Virus record (IMG/VR): IMGVR_UViG_3300045974_000283
Coordinates: 64,001 to 128,000 of that record
Strand: one strand, 5' to 3'
Length of the DNA: 64,000 nt
DNA from: a virus
In this document: positions 44,550 through 54,773 of the stretch, piece after piece
Layout: each line of letters opens with the position of its first letter
Numbering within the stretch: the stretch's first letter is position 1
Translations under genes and position numbers: made by a program
Notes under the pieces: model-generated
The model's database searches: none
What the model was told of the DNA's origin: nothing
The model's input: the letters and a program-made list of their open reading frames with translations, nothing else

Positions 44550-45293
44550 ATGGCATCATCAGCACCACGCGGCGTCCAGCGCAACGACAGCGAACGCGCC
44601 CTCAAGCAATCGGTCATCCGCATTCAGTGCGGAGACTGCTCGCACTTTCGAGGCTGCGCTCACCCGTCCATGGGAGCCCCGTGCAACACCCTCGGGATTT
44701 CCGAGTCCAGTCCCGCCCCTGATTGCTACGCTCCAAACATCGCGGTGTTCCGTTCGTTCCCGCCTGATGCAATCCGTACCCTCGCGGCGATGACAGCCGC
44801 CATGAGTCCGTCGCAGACACGGGTCTTCATGGGCCTGCTCCGCAACTCCGCTTCAGCTGAGAAGCGCGGGTTCAAACTCCTGCAGACAGTCTACTTCACC
44901 ACCGGGCAAAAGGAAACGCTGTCAGACTTCTACAAGGGATGGGTCTTCGGCGTGTCAGGTGATGGGATGGTGACGCTGGTCGGTCAGCAATACCTCGACT
45001 CCGGCCGCTCGGCCCTGACCGCCGTGCTGCACAAGTCGTCGATCTTCACCAAGAAACAGTTCTCGGCGATGGTGGCTGAACGCATCCGTCGCGGCCTCAT
45101 CGAGAACCCGATGCCTGACCTGTCGCCCAAGGAAGCTGCTATCGCATACGAACCGCCTACGCTTGACACCGCGCAGGAGTTCTTGGAGAGCAAGGCTGAC
45201 GAGACGATCAAAGGCAAGGTCAAGGCCAAGCGGAAACTTCCCGAAGACGGAACCCTCTTCTCCATCAGCCAAAAAGCCTACGAGGAAAACTGA
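44550..45293 (+). CDS. Cys4 Zn-finger hypothetical protein, 247 aa
   Basis: CGDC..F..C...PC...PDC N-terminal cluster. Confidence 0.75.
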   Translation: MASSAPRGVQRNDSERALKQSVIRIQCGDCSHFRGCAHPSMGAPCNTLGISESSPAPDCYAPNIAVFRSFPPDAIRTLAAMTAAMSPSQTRVFMGLLRNSASAEKRGFKLLQTVYFTTGQKETLSDFYKGWVFGVSGDGMVTLVGQQYLDSGRSALTAVLHKSSIFTKKQFSAMVAERIRRGLIENPMPDLSPKEAAIAYEPPTLDTAQEFLESKADETIKGKVKAKRKLPEDGTLFSISQKAYEEN

Positions 45294-46339
45294 TGTCCCA
45301 TCCTTTCCGGTTTCTGCATCGTCTGCCTGTGTGGACGCTTTCATCACCCACCGAGAAAAGGAACCTGTCGGTGTCGTACGCTCAGTACGCGCTGACCGCG
45401 ATATCCAGTCAAGACTGCCACGCCAAGATCAACGAAGTCTGTGTCGCCCACGGGCAGAAGCTTGTTGGTCTGGCGTCCCTCCACAAGTCCGTCCGATACA
45501 ATGGCGACCTCCTCAAGGATTTCAAGTCCGCAGTTTTTGCGCTCTGGTCTGTCTACCAAGGCACGACCGTACCGTTCGAGCTGCCGAAAGCGACGCAAGC
45601 CTACGTCAAGCTGACTGTTGCCGACCCGGCCACCGACCAGTTCTTGCGTGACTGTTGGGACTACGGATGCAGGCCGCTGACGCCCGCTGGCATGGATGAG
45701 CGGATGCTCTCAGCGCTGGAATCTGCGGACTTCAACACCTACCTGCGGAAGTTCATCTACCGCAAGATGCGGTTCATCCTGGACAGCTATGCGGTGACCG
45801 ATGAGCAGATCATTTCCGACCTGAAGAGTAGCGCGATCTTCAACATGCTCCGGGTCTATCCGCACTGGCGAAACCCAGGACACATGATCGCGATATCAAA
45901 GGTGGCGGCGCGCAATCGGGGTCACAACTTCATCAAAGAGATGGCGACCACCTCACGCAACCGTCTGATCAAGAACACTGATGGCACCCACTCCGCTGCC
46001 TTGATGTCGCTGGCACCTGAGGTCGCCGCCTCGCTGACCGGCTCAGAGGTCCCGGCCGCTTCCATGGACGGGTCGATGACACCGCAAGCCGAGCTCGACC
46101 TGCGTCGCAGCCTTTTGCAAGCTGTCGACGGCCTAGAAGGCTGGCAGAAAGCCTTCATCGAGGTATCCATCGGAATTCCCAACAAGGCGTTCTCTGAGTA
46201 CCTCGGCGGGGAAAACGACGAACTCGTCCACTCGCTGAACTTCGGTGAGTACACGGCTCACGCGGCCAACTTCTTCGGTATCACTCAGCGTCAGGTGTCA
46301 TCGCTGTATTCCGAGCTTCGCCAAAACGCTCTCTCCTAG
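45293..46339 (+). CDS. Putative phage RNA polymerase sigma-like factor, 348 aa
   Basis: Region-2-like DLK...F..L..Y...H...I.KVAARN...NFIK, and region-4-like LLQAVDGLEGWQK.FI...AANFFGITQRQV helix-turn-helix. Confidence 0.5.
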   Translation: MSHPFRFLHRLPVWTLSSPTEKRNLSVSYAQYALTAISSQDCHAKINEVCVAHGQKLVGLASLHKSVRYNGDLLKDFKSAVFALWSVYQGTTVPFELPKATQAYVKLTVADPATDQFLRDCWDYGCRPLTPAGMDERMLSALESADFNTYLRKFIYRKMRFILDSYAVTDEQIISDLKSSAIFNMLRVYPHWRNPGHMIAISKVAARNRGHNFIKEMATTSRNRLIKNTDGTHSAALMSLAPEVAASLTGSEVPAASMDGSMTPQAELDLRRSLLQAVDGLEGWQKAFIEVSIGIPNKAFSEYLGGENDELVHSLNFGEYTAHAANFFGITQRQVSSLYSELRQNALS

Positions 46340-46350
46340 AGGAACTCTGA

Positions 46351-46968
46351 ATGGTCCGCATACTCGGCCTTGACCCCGGCACGAACAACTTCGCTTACTC
46401 GGTTCTGTCGTCGGACGAAGAACTTGATGAGAATGGTCTACTCATCTACCGCATCGAGAAGAGGGGTCTGATCCTCTCCACGGTGCGTGACCTGCGTTCT
46501 GGGGCCATGCGGAAGCAGATGGCAACTTTCCACGAAGCCATCTCAGAGATACTCGCCGGTAACACCCTGGACTTGTGGATCGGCGAACGCTACATGATCC
46601 GTCGAGGTCAAGGGGGCTCTGCCATCGAAAGCATCAACCTGATGCTCGGTTCGCTGGTCGCTCTGCTGGATGTACCGTGCCGCGTGATGCCTGCATCCGA
46701 GTGGAAGAACACCGTCAACAAGATTGCTCCGCTTGAGGAAACCTACGAGGCCCTCAGTGCTGGAGGGGCTCAGTTGAAGACGGACCCGGATCGCATAACG
46801 GTTCACGAGGTAGACGCGGCCCATATCGCAGCGTTCGGCATCGGCAAGGCTCTGAGCGCCCCACCGAACTACTCAATCCTTCGTCAGCTTAACGGGTGCG
46901 CTCCCACACATCTAGGCCTGACCAACAGGATCGTCAAGAAAAAGAAAGTCAAAAGGAAACCAAAGTGA
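46351..46968 (+). CDS. ruvC: RuvC-like Holliday junction resolvase
   Basis: RILGLDPGT.NFAY, IGERY, P..EWK, HEVDA acidic catalytic residues. Confidence 0.8.
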   Translation: MVRILGLDPGTNNFAYSVLSSDEELDENGLLIYRIEKRGLILSTVRDLRSGAMRKQMATFHEAISEILAGNTLDLWIGERYMIRRGQGGSAIESINLMLGSLVALLDVPCRVMPASEWKNTVNKIAPLEETYEALSAGGAQLKTDPDRITVHEVDAAHIAAFGIGKALSAPPNYSILRQLNGCAPTHLGLTNRIVKKKKVKRKPK

Positions 46969-47345
46969 CCACACCAGATTGTCCTCTCATCAACGGCAAA
47001 ACCGTATCCGCCTGTCCGCTCGATCGCTGTATGCACAATGTCGACGGGAACTGCAAAGCCCGGATCGAGACAGATTCGCCAGAGGCTGTCGCTGTCCTGT
47101 ACGGGGTCTCTTCGCAGGAAGTTCTCTCCCGTGCTGACATGGTCTGTCGTGCGCTCGCTGCGGATACGTGGTTTGAACATGCCACGGGGCGAGGATTGAC
47201 GGATGGCACCGAGCGTCACTTTGCTGAAGCCACCAATCTGGAAAGAACTGAGGAGTTCAACGCCTGGAATACGTCTTCCTACACCTTCCCACAGATCATC
47301 TCGGTCATCGAATACATGCGTTCACAGGTAGGAACGCCCTGTTAA
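46965..47345 (+). CDS. Cys-rich hypothetical protein, 126 aa
   Basis: GTGA overlap. CP...CP...C.H...C. Confidence 0.65.
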   Translation: MTTPDCPLINGKTVSACPLDRCMHNVDGNCKARIETDSPEAVAVLYGVSSQEVLSRADMVCRALAADTWFEHATGRGLTDGTERHFAEATNLERTEEFNAWNTSSYTFPQIISVIEYMRSQVGTPC

Positions 47346-47387
47346 TATTCACGCCAACCACCTTTCACCATCAGCTCAAGGAATACT

Positions 47388-48134
47388 ATGTCCAAACCTT
47401 CCATCCGTTCGTTGTCGCTCGCTGAGCTGACTGCCGTGCGAACTGGCCCGATTTTCGTGATGAACACAGCGAGCTCGGTGGCCCCTCCCGGTGGCGACGT
47501 TCACATCAACGTCCCGCGCTCGGACGGCCAGTCGGCTCCTCCGGTCTCCATCCCGGAAACGTGGCTCCCCGTTGACCTGTGCGCCTCAGCTCCACGCGCC
47601 GCCATCCTTCGCTCGACTTCTTTCATGGGAGCCCTGAACAAGGGAACCATCATGGCGATCAGCGCCGAAGACGCTCAGCAACTGCTGAACTTGCCGAGCG
47701 CTGGCGTCGAGAAGGCCCGCCTCCGCCAGATCAGCGAAGCGCAGCGCGCCGCTCTTGCTGCTCAACGCGTCGGCCGCCAAGGCACAAGCCTCACCATCGG
47801 TGACACCACGACGTCCTCTGCCGACATGGCCGAAGACTCGAACCGCCACTCCAGCAACGACGGTGCGGCCTTCCTCGCGGGGAAGAGTCAACCCAAGAAC
47901 GCTCAGCCTCTGGCACCGCTGATCCCCTCCTTTGAGGAGGACACCCTCACGCCGAACTTCAAGGCCAAGGTCAACAAGCTGGCGATCATGACCGAAGCCG
48001 AGGCGGGCAACGCCCTGCGCAACATGGGTGAGCTGGAGTTCGATCAGGTGCGCTACGTCCTCAAGATGGCGAACCCGAAGCACAAACGCATCATCGCGTG
48101 GGCCAAGACCACGCTCGAAGAACAGGACGAATGA
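47388..48134 (+). CDS. Hypothetical protein, 248 aa
   Basis: AAGGA RBS. GTTAAT motif at 47341. Confidence 0.8.
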   Translation: MSKPSIRSLSLAELTAVRTGPIFVMNTASSVAPPGGDVHINVPRSDGQSAPPVSIPETWLPVDLCASAPRAAILRSTSFMGALNKGTIMAISAEDAQQLLNLPSAGVEKARLRQISEAQRAALAAQRVGRQGTSLTIGDTTTSSADMAEDSNRHSSNDGAAFLAGKSQPKNAQPLAPLIPSFEEDTLTPNFKAKVNKLAIMTEAEAGNALRNMGELEFDQVRYVLKMANPKHKRIIAWAKTTLEEQDE

Positions 48135-48152
48135 TGAACCGAGGAAACCTGG

Positions 48153-48344
48153 ATGCCGGAAGTCGTCGTTGACATCTATCGTGTGGGTCGTCGGTGGACT
48201 TGGCGCATCCGTGCTGGCACCGATGACAATTTGATCATACGAGCACAGTCGCCTCGTTCATTCAGGAACGAGCACTTGGCTTCGGAAGACTTCAACAACT
48301 TCCGAACAATTCTGGCCTCCTCCCAACCCCTGATCCTTTCCTGA
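48153..48344 (+). CDS. YegP/DUF1508-like small protein
   Basis: IY..G..W.WRI.A....II..S...F pattern. GAGGA RBS. Confidence 0.6.
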   Translation: MPEVVVDIYRVGRRWTWRIRAGTDDNLIIRAQSPRSFRNEHLASEDFNNFRTILASSQPLILS

Positions 48345-48397
48345 CCCTCCTCCCTCCGCGCTCGGTTTCCTCCCGGCTGTTTACGAGCGCGGCTTCC

Positions 48398-48450
48398 CGC
48401 CCCGGTGTTGATGATCGTGCAAGGTGTGATGCACCGGGGCGTCTTTTTAT
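48398..48450 (+). terminator. Rho-independent terminator
   Basis: cgccccggtg (48398-48407) / caccggggcg (48432-48441) followed by tcttttta. Confidence 0.7.
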
Positions 48451-48566
48451 TCGTTAATTCCTCATCGCCCCGTAGTGTCGAAAGATGCTACGGGGCTTTG
48501 TCGTTTCTGGGATGTCGTTGCTTCCGATTGCCATTTTTAGGCATCGTTTTCATACGGAGTTATGCC

Positions 48567-48881
48567 ATGTCTTTGACCGTTCTCGCCACCGCCAAACCCG
48601 TCACCTCCGCTGCCAAAGCTCAGTACCCGAAACTCCTCGAATTCCTCATGGAAGCCTGCTCGCCGGAAGCCATGGACTACGAAGGTGGCGTCAAGAAGTT
48701 CGAGGACGAAGCAGCGGCGATGCTTGACCGTATGGCCCAACAGAATGAAGGCGACTTCATCTTTCTTGACAAGATGCTTTCTTCTATTCCCAAGCCTCAG
48801 TGGGACTTGGTGAGCCCGGAGTTCCTGGAAGATGCAGGCCTCGCGCTGCGGAAGGTTCTCAAGCAAGCCGAGAAGATCTGA
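48567..48881 (+). CDS. Hypothetical (probably virion) protein, 104 aa
   Basis: Start at MSLTVLATAK, GGAG RBS. Confidence 0.7.
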   Translation: MSLTVLATAKPVTSAAKAQYPKLLEFLMEACSPEAMDYEGGVKKFEDEAAAMLDRMAQQNEGDFIFLDKMLSSIPKPQWDLVSPEFLEDAGLALRKVLKQAEKI

Positions 48882-48895
48882 TCGAGTCCTAGAAC

Positions 48896-50260
48896 ATGCC
48901 AATCAACTCACGGACCCGAGCGCGCACCCTCCCGCCGAACTACGGGTCTGTGGATGTTGCCGCTACCACGCTTCAAGATGTTCTGCCGACGCAGCGCCTG
49001 AAGTATCACAACGCTTTTCAGGTCAACGGCTTCACGGGCATCATCTACTTTCGCCTTCGCAGCGGATTGCAGTGTCACTGCCGGAGCCGTCGATCCACGT
49101 TCGAGTCACGCCTCAACGAGGACGGCACCGCGAAGCCCGGTTTCATGAACGAGCTGCTCGTTGGCGGTGAGCGCTTCGGTGTTCTGCCCTACGGAGACCG
49201 CTACGCTGATGTTCAGCCGGACGCTACGCCTCTCGGCTCGGCGGTCAACGCCATCCGCCAAGGCGCTCGCGTTCCGGTAGGATCCAAGAACGAAGGCCTG
49301 CTCTTCAGCATCGAACAACCGGACCCAGGACTGCCGAGCATCTTCGCCAGCAACGAGCCTGTCCCGAAGCAGAAGAACCAGTCGGCGATGTTCTCCGGTA
49401 CGGACTCGTTCACATCAGATCCGTCGCGTGCTCAAGGCACCACGGTCGTCGACTCCGGGCTCAGCCCCTCGACAGGCCCTATGAACGACTCGGAGCTGGA
49501 AGACGTCACCACCCTGATCGACACCGGATACGGCGAGGGTTTCAACGATCTGTCCTGCCCTATCTGCATGGGCGTCGGTTTCGTCGGAGGCTACTCGGTG
49601 CTGAACGGCCACCGTCTTGTGCTCACACATTCGACACCCGGCTGCGATCTTACGGATGCTGACCTCGACACGCTGCCTACGGTAGCGCTCATCACGGGGA
49701 CTCGTTCCGTCTACACCGCCATCCTTCCCGCTCATGTTCTCAGCGTCGACGCCCTTCGTCTTTGGAACGGCGCTCAGGTCATTGCGCCGCTCGCGCTCAA
49801 GGTGGACGGGTTCACTCTCGTTCAGCCTTCCGACCTGAGGCGCTTCTGCGACGGCCGCGTTCACACGTTCGACATCACGTTCGCCGAGCCAACCACCTAC
49901 ACGCACCTTGAGATCCAGCTGAACAGCGCCCAAAACCAAAAGCTGTTCGACCTACCCAAGACCACTGAGAGCGCTTCTCTGCAAGATCGCCTGGACAAGA
50001 TGCAGGACTTCTCGGTCCTGTTCTCGCCGATGGTTCCTGTGTTGCACCCCGGCGACCTGCTCGCTGAGACGACATACAACCGCGTCTTGCAGATTCTCAA
50101 CGTGTCCGGCCAGAACACCGCTCAGCGCTCTGTGCTCGGGTGGACGGCTGAGACCCGTGTGGTGCAACCGCAAGAACTTCTTTCGCTCCTCCCGCGCCAC
50201 CGCAAGGAGCAACCCAATTCACCGGTTCCCGCGATTCCCCGCCTCAACCGTGATCTTTGA
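48896..50260 (+). CDS. Probable neck/head-completion structural protein with Zn-binding motifs
   Basis: CHC...CPICMGVGFVGGY motif as in myovirus neck-type proteins. C-terminal beta domain LHPGDLL...W.AETR. Confidence 0.55.
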   Translation: MPINSRTRARTLPPNYGSVDVAATTLQDVLPTQRLKYHNAFQVNGFTGIIYFRLRSGLQCHCRSRRSTFESRLNEDGTAKPGFMNELLVGGERFGVLPYGDRYADVQPDATPLGSAVNAIRQGARVPVGSKNEGLLFSIEQPDPGLPSIFASNEPVPKQKNQSAMFSGTDSFTSDPSRAQGTTVVDSGLSPSTGPMNDSELEDVTTLIDTGYGEGFNDLSCPICMGVGFVGGYSVLNGHRLVLTHSTPGCDLTDADLDTLPTVALITGTRSVYTAILPAHVLSVDALRLWNGAQVIAPLALKVDGFTLVQPSDLRRFCDGRVHTFDITFAEPTTYTHLEIQLNSAQNQKLFDLPKTTESASLQDRLDKMQDFSVLFSPMVPVLHPGDLLAETTYNRVLQILNVSGQNTAQRSVLGWTAETRVVQPQELLSLLPRHRKEQPNSPVPAIPRLNRDL

Positions 50261-50277
50261 CTTCTCAAGAGACAACC

Positions 50278-53229
50278 ATGACCAAATCCCTTGTCACCGC
50301 TGATGACGTGAGCCAAGCAAACCCACGGGCTCTGGACGATATTCAACAGACCCTTGACCATGTCAACGAGGAGATCGACGCGCTGGAGGTTCAGTTCAAG
50401 GCGCAGATGAAGGTTATGTCGGCCCTCATGTTTGAGATCAATCAGACCGAGACGATGCAGTCGCCCACGCCACGGAGCCTGGCCGACCTCAACATCAAGG
50501 TGGAAGACCTCACCAAGCTGACCGAGAGCTACGAGATCATTGACGGTATGCAGGCCATGCTGAAGACGCTGACGGCCACCGCCTCGCAGCTTCAGGTCAT
50601 GTTCCCTGGCGACAGCGGCCCGGCCAAGAAGATGCTGTCCGAGACCCTGATCCTGCAGAAGAAGGTCAAGGACCGCATCAACGACGCTGCCAAGTTCATC
50701 TCCGGTCTGGCGGCTGACAAGGCCCCCAAGGTGTTCGACAAGTTCACCGACGGCATCGGCACCCTCATCGCTCGTTGCATCTCCTACGGCGACGTGGAGA
50801 ATTTCCTCTATATGTTCACCACGAAGGGTGGACAGGTGGCCTTCGCCCACTACTTCCGCATGCTCCGTGCGGTGGATGAGAACGGCAACGACTTCCCCGA
50901 GCTCTACATCGTCATCTCCATGCTCGTCGGTACTGCGCCCACGTTCTACATGACGACGCTGACCGAGATGGAAACCCCGTCGGAAATCCTCTTCGCCCGT
51001 CAGGTGAGCAACCTGCGCGAAGTGGCCCGGAGCCTGCACTCGCTGCTCGCCATGGACTCCTTCCAGAACACCATCGGTTCGACTCCTCTGCCGCTTATCA
51101 TCAAGAAGGAGAAGCTCACGCCGGAGATGTTCAACAGCGCCGAACACATCGACCGCGTCTATGTGGAAGAGGAACTCGGCACTCTGGTGTTCCGACTGAA
51201 GCCCACCATCAAGGACAAGGACAGCGATCTGGCTCGGTCCATCGTGGCTCAGCTCTACACCGATACCCTGAAGATCGTCAGCAAGTTCAACGGCAAGATG
51301 CGCCCGCGCTGCACCGAACGCGACGGCCGCGTCGAAGTCGTGTTCTGGGCTCAACGCGGAGCTGAGGCCCCTGCCGCTACGGCAGATGACCTGGAAGCCC
51401 TCCAGGTCCGTTTCAAGCTCGGTGATGTTGCCACCAAGAAGATCCTGCGCATCCTCAACCGTGAGAACGCCTCCGTCAAGGTGAAGGCGGCTATGACTGC
51501 GCCTGTCCGCAACGTCGTGGACACTCTGATGAAATCCATCAAGGGTGGAGACCTGAACGAAGGCAACGGTCAAGTCGGCGACTGGCCGATCGGCGTTGAC
51601 TTCATGGGTGTCTCAGAAGAACTGATCGCTCAGATCGATGCTCAGTTCAAGAAGCTGAAATTCGTTGAAGGCCCCGGTCGGCCCGGAAGCGGTCTGGTCA
51701 AGAAATTCAAGAACAAGGAGGGCACCGTCGAGGTCCTCGTCCACTGCCTGAATCCTCTTGGTGGACAACGCCTGCCCGGCTTCGATCTCCACAAGAACGC
51801 TCCGTCGACTGTCGGCATGAGCATCGTGACCGTGGACGTCATCAACACGTCGATGGCTGAGCCTGTGACGGCTGCGCGCGTGTCCTCGGCGTCCAAACCC
51901 AATTACCGTCCTTGCAGGACTCTGTCCGAACTCTCGGCGGAACTGCCCGGATCAGAGTGGGATGCCCCCTTGGATCGATACGTCGTGCCCTGCCAGAGCG
52001 CTGGCGCTCTGGTGGGAATCGTCCATATGCTCGCTCAGAAGAACTTCGAGACCTATTACTCGGCGGACGGCAACCGGGTAAACCTCATTGGACCCCACAA
52101 TTTCCGCGGATCTTTGTTGTGGTACAAGGAAGCTCGTAAGGTGATGCTCAGCGGAAAGGACATCCGAGGTGACGAGGTCAGCGAACCTACCCACGCGTCC
52201 GTCAGCAAGCGCGTCAAGGCCAACGTGTACGAGTGGCAGATGAAAGCCATCGACGTCGTCAAGAAGGCTTCGCGTTCCAAGGACTGGCAGATGGGCAAGC
52301 TGCGCACTCATGACTCAGTGTCGTGGGTCTGTTGCCCTACCGAGCGCCACCTGAGCGCCGAGATCTGCCTGGACTACGTCGTCATGTTCCTGTCCCAACA
52401 GTTCGGCAACCCGGTCTTCAATGAGAATTCCGCTGGGCAAACCTACAAGTGGACGATGCCCGATGCCACCGACAAGGGCTGCACGAACTTCGTCGTCATC
52501 CAGTCTAAGACCGCTGCCAAGGGTTGCCTCACCGCGACCTTCGGTCACACGCAGTCCGGCACCCGCCGCATGTCGTCGGTCACAGCCGCTGTCACCAAGA
52601 CCACCGAGCAAGCTCGCATCAAGGACAACGACGAATACATGTGGAGGCAGTACACGGGACCAAGCATCTCGCTGAACTTCCGTGGCAAGCCGCTTCCGCT
52701 GGAACGTGGCGAGAAGATCGGCCTGCGCCTGTCCTCGAATGGCAAGTCCAAGCGCATGGTGATCGAGCGCCTCGGCTTGACCCGTGTGTTCACGCTGGAT
52801 GAGAATCTTGAAAAGCAACTCATCCCCAATGTGAAGATCTGCAAGGCTCCTTCCATGCTCTTCGCCTCCACGGGCAAGAAGCTGACGGCGTCGGGCGAAG
52901 CAGCCCGTGCTTCCTACGGCGATGCGCTGGATGATCTCCAGGACGCGGTGGCCCCGATGAACGCCAAAGCCAAGAAAATGTTTGAGGGCATCAAGCACGG
53001 CGTCGGCTCGGACTGGTCGCTGGACTACACGCCCGGCAACATGGACGAAGACGCAGCGATCGTGTTCAAGAACCTTGGCAACCCCAAGAAGACCTTCACG
53101 GTCAACGTGATCATCGACGGCACCTTCTGCGTCGTGAGCCGTTCCGCGTCCGGTCAGCTGATCTTCAGTCCAAGTCTGAAGTCCGTTGCCGATCTCAACA
53201 AACTCATCGGCCCCAAGCTGCTCGGTTAA
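50278..53229 (+). CDS. Large multidomain virion (internal head) protein, about 983 aa
   Basis: Start at MTKSLVTA. Domains separated by V-x-A motifs. Structural gene context. Confidence 0.7.
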   Translation: MTKSLVTADDVSQANPRALDDIQQTLDHVNEEIDALEVQFKAQMKVMSALMFEINQTETMQSPTPRSLADLNIKVEDLTKLTESYEIIDGMQAMLKTLTATASQLQVMFPGDSGPAKKMLSETLILQKKVKDRINDAAKFISGLAADKAPKVFDKFTDGIGTLIARCISYGDVENFLYMFTTKGGQVAFAHYFRMLRAVDENGNDFPELYIVISMLVGTAPTFYMTTLTEMETPSEILFARQVSNLREVARSLHSLLAMDSFQNTIGSTPLPLIIKKEKLTPEMFNSAEHIDRVYVEEELGTLVFRLKPTIKDKDSDLARSIVAQLYTDTLKIVSKFNGKMRPRCTERDGRVEVVFWAQRGAEAPAATADDLEALQVRFKLGDVATKKILRILNRENASVKVKAAMTAPVRNVVDTLMKSIKGGDLNEGNGQVGDWPIGVDFMGVSEELIAQIDAQFKKLKFVEGPGRPGSGLVKKFKNKEGTVEVLVHCLNPLGGQRLPGFDLHKNAPSTVGMSIVTVDVINTSMAEPVTAARVSSASKPNYRPCRTLSELSAELPGSEWDAPLDRYVVPCQSAGALVGIVHMLAQKNFETYYSADGNRVNLIGPHNFRGSLLWYKEARKVMLSGKDIRGDEVSEPTHASVSKRVKANVYEWQMKAIDVVKKASRSKDWQMGKLRTHDSVSWVCCPTERHLSAEICLDYVVMFLSQQFGNPVFNENSAGQTYKWTMPDATDKGCTNFVVIQSKTAAKGCLTATFGHTQSGTRRMSSVTAAVTKTTEQARIKDNDEYMWRQYTGPSISLNFRGKPLPLERGEKIGLRLSSNGKSKRMVIERLGLTRVFTLDENLEKQLIPNVKICKAPSMLFASTGKKLTASGEAARASYGDALDDLQDAVAPMNAKAKKMFEGIKHGVGSDWSLDYTPGNMDEDAAIVFKNLGNPKKTFTVNVIIDGTFCVVSRSASGQLIFSPSLKSVADLNKLIGPKLLG

Positions 53230-53241
53230 GGACTTCTGATC

Positions 53242-54759
53242 GTGCCCCAATCCTCTGTCACCCAAATCTTCGTCAAGGACCTCGTCCCCAAGACAATCAC
53301 ACTCCTGGGTGACGCGGTCCTGGCCGACGACGAGACCTTCGTCTCCTGCAACCTTTCCACACTGACGCCTACCACGAGCCCTCCTCTGGCTCTCGTCGGC
53401 AGTCCAATTTTCGCGGGCGACTTCCGTTCCGTCGCCATCGACCTCACTGGCGGAACCCTCGGCACGACCTACGCGGTCAACTTCGAGCTGCAAACTGACG
53501 CCGCCCGGACAGTGATCATCACGGCGGCGGTGCTCGTCCAGCAGAACCTGATCTACCCGTACACGCAACCCGCACCGTCAGCGTTCCAGACGCTGATCGA
53601 CTCCATCCAAGCGGGCGACGCGGCCTCCGGCAAGGCGTTCTTCATCATGCCCACGGGCTCCACGCCTGCGGCCTCGGGCTACGTCACCTGGGACCTGGTT
53701 GATGTTCAAGGCACCGTCTTGGCGATGGGCAACGCCTACGACTACGTCTACACGGCCGGAAGCTTCAGCGACACCGTCGAAGCGAACGCTATCGTCGCGA
53801 TCCCGTCCACGGTGCCGCCTACCGAGCAGAACAGCCGCTATCAACTGCGGTGGACGCTGAATATCTCCGGTTCGGCCCCGGTTGTTTCGTACGAGAACAT
53901 CCGTGTGCTCGGTCTCGGCAACTCCGAGATCGGTCTCGGTTCACCTGATCTTGTGGAGATCCTTGGTGACGTCGCCCGTGCGGAACTGATCGTTGATCGT
54001 CCGTTCCCCGTTGTCTCCTTGGAGCTTTACCAATTTGATACAAAGGTGCTCGGGCCTCTCACCGTTCCCGCTGGTCAGCCTGTCTCTTCGGGCTGGCACT
54101 ACGCTACGGACGTCGCCCTGAACTCGGCTTTCGTCGCCTCGCTCGATCCGTACTCGGTCATCTGGCGGTGCGGCAACAACGCTCAGTCCTCGTCCTACTC
54201 CGAGCGCGTCAGCTCGAAGCTGTTCGTGGTGAGCCCATCAATGCTGCAAGCGGTGGACGACATCCGCTCGTTCGTGGCGAAGTCGCGCTCCACGCTCCGG
54301 GTGCAACACGACATCATGTTCGACCACGCGACGGTGATGACTTGGCTGCGTCGTGGCCGCGACTGGTTCAACGCTGCGGGCGGCATCGTCACCGAGTTCA
54401 ACATGACCCGTGCTACCGGGGCGATGCGCGAGTTCTGGCTGCGCTACGCTGAGGTCGCTGCCCTGCAAGCGCAATACCTTGCTGAAGGTGAGAAGACCTT
54501 CGAGTTCTCCGGACAGGACATCACCTTGAGCGTTGACCACGCTCAGTACTACGAGTCCATGGCGAACACCATCCGTGACGGCATCGCCGATGCGGTCAAG
54601 GATTTCAAGAAGTTTGTCCAGATCAAAGGCGTCTCGGGCGGTGACGGTGATATGACCGGAATCAGCGCGGGAACCTTCGGTCACATGGGCGGCGTCGGCC
54701 TGTCCCGAAACGTCCTCTCTCCTCGGTTCCCTGGACCGAACAACCGTTACAACTATTGA
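53242..54759 (+). CDS. Structural protein (adaptor-like N-terminus, neck/head-tail-like C-terminus), 505 aa
   Basis: AAGGA RBS plus GTG. GGTLGTTYAV...T...RT adaptor-type motif. C-terminal FEFSGQDITLSVD...Y. Confidence 0.65.
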   Translation: MPQSSVTQIFVKDLVPKTITLLGDAVLADDETFVSCNLSTLTPTTSPPLALVGSPIFAGDFRSVAIDLTGGTLGTTYAVNFELQTDAARTVIITAAVLVQQNLIYPYTQPAPSAFQTLIDSIQAGDAASGKAFFIMPTGSTPAASGYVTWDLVDVQGTVLAMGNAYDYVYTAGSFSDTVEANAIVAIPSTVPPTEQNSRYQLRWTLNISGSAPVVSYENIRVLGLGNSEIGLGSPDLVEILGDVARAELIVDRPFPVVSLELYQFDTKVLGPLTVPAGQPVSSGWHYATDVALNSAFVASLDPYSVIWRCGNNAQSSSYSERVSSKLFVVSPSMLQAVDDIRSFVAKSRSTLRVQHDIMFDHATVMTWLRRGRDWFNAAGGIVTEFNMTRATGAMREFWLRYAEVAALQAQYLAEGEKTFEFSGQDITLSVDHAQYYESMANTIRDGIADAVKDFKKFVQIKGVSGGDGDMTGISAGTFGHMGGVGLSRNVLSPRFPGPNNRYNY

Positions 54760-54773
54760 ACACTGGAACCACC

